A DNA stretch of 64,000 nt from Candidatus Poribacteria bacterium (GTDB taxonomy: Bacteria > Poribacteria > WGA-4E > JAJDTR01): the NCBI GenBank assembly GCA_965208765.1, contig OZ242354.1:6015140-6079139 (forward strand). Direction: 5' to 3'. A program made the translations under genes and the position numbers. Positions 30,447 through 40,300 of the stretch are shown in pieces (position 1 is the first letter of the stretch; the number at the start of each line of letters is the position of its first letter). Under the pieces are notes generated by a model. That model was not told the origin of the DNA. It was given only the letters and a program-made list of their open reading frames with translations, and searched no databases.

Positions 30447-32891
30447 TTGACAATGAAAAAAGGTATTCCAATGCGAGTATTTCGGGTTATTCTAGCGGTG
30501 TTTTTGATAGCGTTAATAGTCGTATTCGGCACCATCTTCGTCGGGATCGGCTTCGTCGGCGGGGTAGTGCTCGCTTCCTGGGAAGACATCAAGGAGGTAA
30601 ATCTTCAGCAACTTGAATACAGGAAAGATGTTGACACGTGGCAGCAACATCTTGAAATATACTCTTCCATCTGTACGGTGCAACGGGGAGATTCGATCGA
30701 CTTTCTGCTAAGGAAACTTCAGCGTCTAGGCTACGAAGAAACACAACAGGGCTATATTAAACCCAGCGAGCCCGGCCAACTTACCAGGACTTTCGGTTCA
30801 TCGCGGACTTCGGGGATCATGTGGATATATCTCCTTGGTTTCCATTACCCATATTCGGACCGGAAACCGTATAGAGTAGAAATTGATGTGCGCGATCGAA
30901 AGGTTGAATCCATCCGCAACGATCTGGGCGAATATATGACTAGCTTTGATTTACAGCCGGAGTTGATTAGCGAGCTTTACGGTAAAGGAGATGAGGCGCG
31001 CGAACTCATTTCGCTTTCGGACATGCCGGACACGCTGTTGAAGGCGTTCCTCGCCGTGGAGGACAAGCGGTTTTACCAACATTGGGGTGTTGACATCATA
31101 GCTATAGGCCGCGCGCTTCTCCGAAACATACAGGATGGTACGCTACAGGGCGCAAGCACAATTACGCAGCAACTTACTCGAAATATTTATCTCGACCGCC
31201 AGAAGCGGATTCTGCGCAAAATCAAAGAGGCACTTCTTGCCGTGCGAATCGAGCGAGCTTTTTCCAAGGACGAAATATTCGAACGGTACCTAAATCTAAT
31301 TAACCTGGGACGCTACGGTTCTCGGGAAGTATTCGGTGTCCAAGAAGCCGCGAACAGTTACTTCGGAAAGCCCGTCTGGGAACTCGAAGTGCAAGAATGC
31401 GCGACACTTGCGGGCATACCCAAGTCTCCAACACTTTATTCACCGATCCGCAACCCCAAGGAATCGATGAACCGTCGTAATCTTGTTCTCGAACTGATGC
31501 GTAACGCGAGATACATTTCGCAAGATACTTACGAAGTAAGCCTAACTACACCTCTCGCGGTTGATTCGCCCGAGGACAATCAAAGACGGGAGGCTGGGCA
31601 TTTTATCGAGTACGTTCATCAACAGCTGGCGGACATGGAGCACCTCAAGGATCGGTTGTATAACCAGGGGTTGAAGGTGTATACGACGCTTGATATGTCC
31701 ATGCAGGAGGTCGCCGAGAAAGCAGTGGCGGATCATCTACGGCATCTGGACAAGGGCTTTTCAAGTCTGCCCGACTACGACGGCAACAAACTTAATCCCA
31801 ACGGGATAGACCCGAGGGAGAACTACCTGCAAGCAGCACTGGTTGCCTTTGAACCCCAGACAGGGTATATCAAATCAATGGTAGGGGGACGCGACTACTA
31901 TATCGCCCGTGGAGAGTTCAACTTCTTTAATCGCGCGGCAAATGCGCTCCGACAGCCAGGGTCTGCTTTCAAACCGATTGTACTTGCAGCTTTCTTTAAT
32001 CTACCGGTCCCGTTGGCAAACCCAGCAACCGTTGTCCGAGATGAGGCGTGGTCCTCTATTAGCAAATCGTGGAAGAAATGGACGCCACGAAATTACACAG
32101 ATAGGTACTTCGGGGACGTAACGTTACGCACGGTCCTTGAGAAGTCGATTAATGTTGCAACCGCAAAATTAATGAACGATCCCAATACGGTTAAACTCAG
32201 CGACGAGAAGGACGGGATTCGACGGACAATTGCCTTCGCCAAACGCTTGGGAATCGAAAGCAAACTGCCGGAATATCCCTCGCTTTCTCTGGGCGCAGGC
32301 GATGTGACGTTGCTTGAACTTACCGCAGCCTACTCGGTTTTTGCCAACGGCGGAATACGTGCGCAGCCTTGCAGCATTCAATATATCGAAGACCGTAACG
32401 GCGAGCTTCTATATGAGAACGAAATGAAACCCAAGAGAGTAGTTGCGGAGAGCGTGTCCTTTGTAATTACGAATGTAATGAAGGGCGTAATCGAGAACGG
32501 AACCGGCAGAAGAGCAATTCGAACTGGATTAAGGCGACCGGCAGCCGGCAAAACCGGAACGACGGATGACTACAAAGATGCGTGGTTCGTCGGGTACACG
32601 CCGCGTCTTGCTGCTGGCGTGTGGGTAGGATTTGACGATTCCCAGAAGAAGAACAAGAGAAGTCAAGGGGAGGGCGCCAAAGCCGCATTACCGATCTGGG
32701 CGCGATTTATGATTGAAGGGGCGAGGGGACCTATTGAGGACTTCCGTGAACCCCCAGGGGTTGCATTCCACGAAATTGACAAAGAAACAGGTTTGCTGAA
32801 GTACCCCGGCAAGTGCAATCCCGAGAATGTCATTCGCGAGGCGTTTCTTGAAGGCTATGCCCCTACTATGCTGTGTACAGCGCACAACTGA
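30447..32891 (+). CDS. mrcB: Class A penicillin-binding protein, PBP1B-like (UB2H-like segment, transglycosylase, transpeptidase)
   Basis: N-terminal TM helix; EDKRFYQHWG, GASTITQQL, RKIKE; SAFK, SIN, KTGT; LQRLGY..SEPG UB2H-like segment. PBP1B versus PBP1A assignment is tentative. Confidence 0.8.
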   Translation: MTMKKGIPMRVFRVILAVFLIALIVVFGTIFVGIGFVGGVVLASWEDIKEVNLQQLEYRKDVDTWQQHLEIYSSICTVQRGDSIDFLLRKLQRLGYEETQQGYIKPSEPGQLTRTFGSSRTSGIMWIYLLGFHYPYSDRKPYRVEIDVRDRKVESIRNDLGEYMTSFDLQPELISELYGKGDEARELISLSDMPDTLLKAFLAVEDKRFYQHWGVDIIAIGRALLRNIQDGTLQGASTITQQLTRNIYLDRQKRILRKIKEALLAVRIERAFSKDEIFERYLNLINLGRYGSREVFGVQEAANSYFGKPVWELEVQECATLAGIPKSPTLYSPIRNPKESMNRRNLVLELMRNARYISQDTYEVSLTTPLAVDSPEDNQRREAGHFIEYVHQQLADMEHLKDRLYNQGLKVYTTLDMSMQEVAEKAVADHLRHLDKGFSSLPDYDGNKLNPNGIDPRENYLQAALVAFEPQTGYIKSMVGGRDYYIARGEFNFFNRAANALRQPGSAFKPIVLAAFFNLPVPLANPATVVRDEAWSSISKSWKKWTPRNYTDRYFGDVTLRTVLEKSINVATAKLMNDPNTVKLSDEKDGIRRTIAFAKRLGIESKLPEYPSLSLGAGDVTLLELTAAYSVFANGGIRAQPCSIQYIEDRNGELLYENEMKPKRVVAESVSFVITNVMKGVIENGTGRRAIRTGLRRPAAGKTGTTDDYKDAWFVGYTPRLAAGVWVGFDDSQKKNKRSQGEGAKAALPIWARFMIEGARGPIEDFREPPGVAFHEIDKETGLLKYPGKCNPENVIREAFLEGYAPTMLCTAHN

Positions 32892-33010
32892 TGCGTGTGT
32901 AGACAACGCCGTCCCTTCAGACTGATCCCTTGTACGACCGTTGATGGTGCAGGGCAAAGGTCTTAGCTCTTAGTGCCAATAGCACTAAGCGTTGTAAATG
33001 CGGAAAATAG

Positions 33011-33036
33011 GTCGCGATTCGGAAATCGCTCCTACA
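33011..33036. repeat. REP palindrome (family C), near-identical to 60700-60725
   Basis: GTCGCGATTCGGAAATCGCTCCTACA vs GTCGCGATTCGGAGATCGCTCCTACA. Confidence 0.7.
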
Positions 33037-33146
33037 GGGATTTACGCCACTCGAAAGCCCGTTTTCAGTTTGGCTATCCAATAAACCGACGCGTGTGAAT
33101 CCTAGATGCAGAGTTTTCTGTTGCAGCGACAACAAATCCAATTGTA

Positions 33147-33503
33147 CTAGTTTTTGTTTCTTCGGGGATTGCCCGCAGTGTTCTTATGGTGGAGGAATTG
33201 ATAAAACTCGAACATTGTCTCTTTGTCTTTTTCGGGTAGTTCGGTTATCCCTCTAAGCATTGTGCCGACTTTGGGATCTGCCAACAAATCATCGTAACGG
33301 CTGCGCGGCTTGCCAAACAGATAGTCGGTTGTCACTTTCAGAGCCTCAGCCAAACTCGGAACTGTGTCAAAAGATGGCTTTCTTGCGCCCGATTCAAATT
33401 GTGAAATAGCCGCGGGCGTAATATTGGCAGCTTTGGCAAGTCCTGTCTGTGTCAAATTGAGTTCACGACGACGCTTTCTAATCCGTGAAACAACGTTTTC
33501 CAT
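33147..33503 (-). CDS. XRE-family HTH transcriptional regulator
   Basis: RIRKRRRELNLTQTGLAKAANITPAAISQFESGARKPS...VTTDYLFG. Confidence 0.88.
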   Translation of the reverse strand: MENVVSRIRKRRRELNLTQTGLAKAANITPAAISQFESGARKPSFDTVPSLAEALKVTTDYLFGKPRSRYDDLLADPKVGTMLRGITELPEKDKETMFEFYQFLHHKNTAGNPRRNKN

Positions 33504-34263
33504 CGGTAGTACCTTTCGCTGTGAACATCCAACCACTCGCCAGCAACGAGATAGTTCGCTGTCGGGGGTGATGTAAATCTAAACATGCGAATTTTCCCAT
33601 TACAACGTTAATACTAGTCAAACGATACGAGAAATTTTCTTCCTCCCGCCCGCCACCGTCTTCATTCCCGTACAAAAATCAGCATATCTTCATCAGCCAG
33701 TTGCGTTGCCGCGAGCATACCACAGAGATTCTCGCCCGCGTGAGATCTTCTACGGGGCACGCTATTTGCTTGATTGATCTATTCGTTCCGTTGAGTAATC
33801 CTTGTTGGCACGAGATTCACTCGCTTGATTACTGTTCACTCGTTCCTTTGCCGAGCACCCTACAAACTATGGCGATGGCGCTCCTCCGGATCGCAACGCA
33901 CGGCTGCCAAACCACTACTCACATAACACTCTGCCGATGGGTACGAAGCGATTGCCGCATACAGAGTTCATAGAACAGTGCGCGAGAGGGTTTCTATCGA
34001 CGAAACTTCCTATGGGAACTCTATCACACGGGATTCGCTATCAGCACCTTCAATCACCTCCGGCAAATAGATGTCGCAACTATTGAACGATTAAGTTATA
34101 GCGGCGGTAAGTGTTTAAAGTCTTGTAGGTAGTAACTCCCCTCGCCTGAGCGTCCGTATAATGAGATCCGAATTTTAGCCGCACGCCACCGAAAGCCGTC
34201 AACAGGGTGTGATTCTTGAGCGGAACTTGCACGAAATCTTTGTGTATCCATCGCTTTTGTGTC

Positions 34264-34292
34264 TTGACAAGGTAAAACGACTATGATAGAAT
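34264..34292 (+). promoter_or_regulatory. sigma70 promoter (extended -10) of the giant-permease operon
   Basis: TTGACA-17 nt-TAGAAT with TGn. Confidence 0.75.
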
Positions 34293-34356
34293 CAGATAAG
34301 TTGGGAACAGTGATTGTAATCCTTTGTGCCTACAGAGTCCTTTAGGAGGAAGCAAG

Positions 34357-37300
34357 ATGGGTAGAGCAGCAACATTTAGTGCAATGTTGTCATTTGGTTT
34401 GTTTATCTTGTCTATGGTCGCGCCCGCCAGCAGTACCGCCGATGGGCAGCAGACCTTAGGGCTCTCCGAGATTGCGGTGCAGATTCGAGACGAAGTTTCC
34501 GTAGGCGCCATGCGGAAAGACATCGCTCGGCTTTCCAGTCTCTCCACGCGTGTTACAGGCTATGACGAAGCAGCAAACGGTGCCAAATATGTCTTCGATC
34601 GTTTTGTTGAAATTGGCTTACAAAATATCGAGGCACGCGGTTTTGAAGTAACCGTGCCGATTGACGCAGAGGATGGAAAGCTTGAAATACTCTCGTCGGA
34701 TGGAGCAGTGATCAAGAGCGTCAAAATCTCTCCTTGTTGGCCCAACCTCGTACGAACCTCCCTTCTTCCTGACGGAATCAAGCATTTTGTCGATTCCGAT
34801 GAAACCCTTGAAGAGATTGCCGAATCCTACCAAGTTGAGGTTCAATCTATTCTCACCAATCCCCGCAATCAGTATCTACAGGATCAGGCGACTGACGGTC
34901 GCGACAATGACAGTGACGGCGACGTTGATGAAGCAGGCGAATTTGCACTGATTGAGGGGAATACCGTGTTCATTCCTACGGGCGGATTAACGGCGCCGTT
35001 GTTGTACGCCGGCGATGCCGAGCTTGTTGATTTTAACGGATTGGAGGTCGGCGGATTTTGGTACGAAGTGCAACCCGGCGACACTCTCGATAATGTTTCG
35101 CGCCGGTTTCGAGTGAGTCGAGGAAGCATTACCGATGACGTTCTGAACGGGCACCTGCAAAAGACGGAAGACGGCATCGACAATGATGAAGATTCCGAAG
35201 TAGACGAATATGGAGAGATTCCGCCACTTGAAGAAATCGCCCATTGGGGTAACGACGGGATTGACAATGACGGTGACGGTTACGTGGACGAAGTTCCCGG
35301 CGATGATAGAGATAGCGTAGACAATAATGGAGACGGGCAGATAGATGAGCCGGGCGAGTTTGTGGCGGCCGGTGAATCCAGCATCTTCATCCCGCAAGGA
35401 AGTATTGTTCTCGTAGACTTCAATTCCGGCACTCGCTGGATTAACGCCGCAATGTTGGGAGCCAAAGCGGCGATTTTCATCCAACCGGAGACCTCTATCC
35501 GCGGTGAAGCAGAGAACAAATTTCTGACTGTTCCCGCCAACATTCCTCGCTTCTGGATTTCCAAGGAGGACGCCGAGGAACTCCGGGAAATGATAGCCCA
35601 AGAAAATATATCCGCTCGTTTAACCTGTACCATGACGTGGGAACGTCGTACGGGACAAAATATCCGCGGGTTTCTTGAAGGCGGCGACCCCGTATTGAAA
35701 GATGAACTCGTCGTCCTTACGGCCTACTACGATTCGATGTCAATCGTTCCCGCCATGGCTCCCGGCGCTGATCCGACAGGGGGCATTGCCGCACTGCTTG
35801 AATTGGCGCGCATCTTCAGCCTCGATGAATTCCGCCCCGGTCGTTCCATGCTGTTCGTTGCAACCGACGCGCATTTCCAAGGTTTGACGGGTATGCGAGC
35901 TTTCATGGAGGGAATCGGGCAGGACACCGTAGGCGGAGCTACGGATTCACCGGGGACGCCTACGATGCAGGGTCTACGTCGGGGTTTATCCGCAGACATG
36001 TTTGAATTCCAGGAACTCGGGCGGAAACTGCTACTCTCCATTGACCGGAGCGTATTGGTGGACCTGCCTCCGGACTTCTACTACGATGTCCACGAGATTG
36101 AAGCGGATCTTGACTCACTAGCAACAACCCTCGGTGCTTTGTCCGGGACCCAAGGGAAAATCAGTTCTCTCCGCAACGCTCAACGCGACTTCAAAGAGAA
36201 ACAGAAGAAAAAAATCGAAACCACGAAAAAACGTGAGAAACAGGGTTTTACGGCGGAGGAAAAATCGCGTCTTGAAACATACCTGGCTTCCTTCAAGAAA
36301 AATTCTCTGCAAACAACTCACTTTCTACGTGACCTCGTATCACGGGTAGATCGACTTCGATCACAGGCATTGGAGGAATCTCGAAAAGCGCAGCGGGAGT
36401 TGCTTGAAAACGTGGCGCTGCCTATGGCGTATCTTGACGTCTGGGCGCTTGAACAGATGAAAAGGGATCTTGAGGAAAATCGGATATCGGACAGTTTTTC
36501 GCGTGAACCCTCAGAATCCTACGTTTTGCCCAGAAGAGTCGGCGACGCGTACGAGCTTCCAATCAATGCCGCCGGCGATACGCTGCTCCGGGAATACGTC
36601 AACATTCTCTCAGAGTATCTGGAAGGGTGGGAGCTGGGAGATTCTCGAAAATTCGCGCTCCAATACACGCAGGAAAAGCTGCTAGACCGCCACCTAGATT
36701 TTCACGGTCTTCAGCAGATTAAGAAATCGCGTAAGATCGCCAATAGAGCCACTAAACCGTTGGCGGACTATATCGCCCTTGAACGAGAGATGTTAGAACG
36801 CGCATTGGCGAAGATTCCCGACAGCGTTGACGCTGAAAACCAAATTAAATCGGCAATCACACAGCTTGCTACCAACCCGGCATACTATCCGCCGGAAGTC
36901 ATCTCAGAGCTAAATCAATATCTGAGTCAACCGACCATTGAGCGCTTGCATCGCACCCAGACCGGACTGCAGCAAAAGCTCAGAGAGGCGAAGACCACCG
37001 AAACAGATGATGCTTCACATGCGATTCTAGTCGCTGACTTTGCTAAGGACAAGCAGTCCATCTTTGAGACGGCGCTGCGAAATGCTCGACTGGAAAAGAA
37101 CCGGATCCGCAATCTACTGCGAAATCACGGAGAGTTGGTACGTGCCTATCTGGCAGAAGAGGAGCAGGTGCTTCATCACTATTTGTCGGAGGATGAAGTA
37201 GATCAGACTGTTGAAGCGCGTTCCCAGATCTTTGCCCACCTGTCCGAAGAGATGCTTCTTTCCTACGTGCAAAGAAAGGCTGCGAATGACGTTGTTGAGC

Positions 37301-40300
37301 TAAACAACCTCCTGAACCGATTGGATACGCTAGATCGCGATCTTAGCGAGGAGACAAAGATTCTTCTGCGTGACAACATGCTCACGCTCAGGAATTCCCG
37401 GTTTCGCAACCTGCAAAGCCGCATCGAGAAGATAGCCCGAATCAGTAAGTCCGAATACAACCGCAAGATTTCTCAGATAGAGCAAGCCATAACCCTCCAG
37501 GATCTCTTCAATCGCTACTACACCTCCCTCTTTATATCAATAGACCTCTCCACCCAGAGCGACAAATTCGGCGTATTCAATAAAGGTTGGTTCTACAATC
37601 AGCAGCCCGAATTTGTTCTGCGGCGGGAGTTTGCGTCGATCGGCAACAAACTCGCGGAGTATGCGGAGGACGCGGACTTCGGCGCACGAATCCGAAACCT
37701 GTGGACGTTCACCGATGATCAGATTCGGCAAGGCGTGTTGGATAATCAGTGGACCGTCGCGGGAACCATTGAATCAAAAGCGGCGGTGGAAGGGAAGACG
37801 CTTGAAACGCTTGTCAGCGAGCATTTTGACACACTCGTCAAACTTTCCGGAGTCTCGCGTTTGATGAAGATGCAGTTTGAGCAGATGCGCGATCGCGGAG
37901 AACCGTCCGAGGATATGGTCAAGGATATGGACTACATCCGGCAGGAGGTCGAACGATTTATCCGTAACGACGTGCGGACGGCTAGAAAAAACCGGAAGAA
38001 TAGTATTCGATTGCTAAATCGGCTTAACGCGATGCTGCAGCTAAGGCATGAGGATGCTTCGACACTATCGCAGGACGAAATCGAGGACATAAAATCATTG
38101 ATTGGACTCGTCGGTCTCGGCGGAGAAACAAACTTCGTGAATGCGATCTCCGCCAGCGGCGGAAAAACGTGGCAGACGTACATACCCGGAAAGATAGCAT
38201 TCGACAGCGAGGTTGCCACGCTAACCGGCAAAACCGGAATCGCATTCGCCACGATCGAAGACGCACGAATCCTTACGGACACTCCGCTGGATACGATTGA
38301 TCGAATGCATGTGGAGGAAGATGGGAATCTTCACCAACAGGTGAAAACGCTGGCAGCCATATTGGTACAAGCAATGCGCGACCCGAAGATGCCAACAGCC
38401 GCCAAGGTCGGAAACTTTTACTGTAATCTATTCGGGGATGTAGTAGAGTTTGATGCCCGTGAGAGCGCCTTGCCCAATAAACCGGTTCCTTATCCAATCT
38501 TGACGTTGCGGCGCAAACACAAGACGATGATGGGCGTTAGAGGCGACCTGTTCACCATGGGAGACAACAAGGGTAACTTTGAGGTCGCCGGACTGGCAAT
38601 GGAGGGGCGTGCGACACATCGAATCGCCGGCACTCAGGAGGTAGAAGCGTATATTCTTGATCCCGACTCCGGAGATATTGTTTACGCGCCGGACCTCGGA
38701 AACTACGGCGCCAAGTTACTGCCCAATAAAGTTCCGATTGACACGCGCCGCCGTGGTTGCCGCGTCGTCGTGTTTCCATGCGTGTCAACGACCATTTACG
38801 ACCTGGTTGACCAGCGTTATTTGCGCACCTTGCGCGAGCTTCAAGTCTACGAAGCCGCATCGGATAGCGCTCCGGAGAAATATGGGATATCCAAACCCTG
38901 GCAGCAAGAGGGCGTTTCGGCTGCCGAACCGATTGCGCTCGTCTATTCCGAGCCGGACGAACGCATTAAGATCGGTATGGCGTATGGACAGATTGGGAAA
39001 CGGTTGTTGTTGATTAAGGCGACGAAGAGCGGGATGAAGAATCCGACGCTCTACACAGGAGAGGGCTTCGTCGTACGAGAGAATGGCAGCATCCGTATGA
39101 CCCCTTACGTCGTGGTACGGGATATGTGGTGGCTCGATGAGAACCGGTCGCGCCTATACAAACGATTCGGGATCTCAAGCGACCGTCTTGACAGGTTGCA
39201 CGAATTTGCGCACGAATATCTTGAGCAAGCGGAACTGGCACTTCAGCAAAACGACTACCAGCAGGCACTGAAACTAGCCCGTGCGGCATGGGGTTATGAA
39301 TCCCGCGCCTACCCCGATGTCAAGAAGACGGGCAACGATGTGGTAAGCGGCGTGATGTTTTATCTTGCCCTCCTGATTCCATTCGCATATTTCATGGAAC
39401 GTCTGCTTTTCGCCTCTCCGAGCGTGAATAAGCAGATTCTCTGGACAGGAGTCATCTTCCTAACCGTCTTTTTCTTCCTATCTCAGGTGCACCCGGCTTT
39501 CCAAATTACGACTACCCCCGTGATAATCCTGATCGCTTTTATCGTTCTTGCTCTCACCGTGATTGTCATCTCAATCATCATCCGCAAGTTTGAGGAGCAA
39601 CTGGAAAAGATCAAACAGGAGGGTAGCACCGTATATAAGGCGGACGTTGGCAGGTTGTCGGCATCAGCGGCAGCGTTTAGCTTGGGGATTTCGAATATGA
39701 GGAAGAGGGGCGGACGGACGATATTGACGTGCGCCACATTAGTCATACTTACGTTCACGGTTATCTCATTCACGTCGGTCCGTACCTTCATGCACCCCAA
39801 CAAGACTAGCTTGCCCGCCGTTACGCCGCGTTATACGGGAATGTTGATTCGCGACCAATATTGGCGTCCATTAGAAGAGCCCGTATTGACCTCCGTTATG
39901 AACGACATGCGCAAGACCAAGATTCCCGAAGATGATGCGCGGCTTCTGTTCAAAAGGAGAGGAAAGACGGATGCCGAGATTAAATCACTCTTAGCGCCAT
40001 ATGTTGAGTCGGCGGAAGAGTCTTCGAATCTTGAGGGGGCTTCGGGCGATGTGACAACTGTTCGAGCATCGGTTGCGGGGTCTACGGGCGCGAATGAGCC
40101 TACACGATTCATCACCGTGCACAACGTGGTGGCACCCCGTGCATGGTACCAATCGTCCGGTACTGGGGACCAATCATTCGTGCAGTTGACGCGCACTCCG
40201 AATCCGGCGGATCCTGTCCCGCCTCGAGATCCGAAGACCGGTCAACTACTGCCCTATGCCGCAAATATGCTCATTGGAATGACGCCTAACGAGCCTTCCG

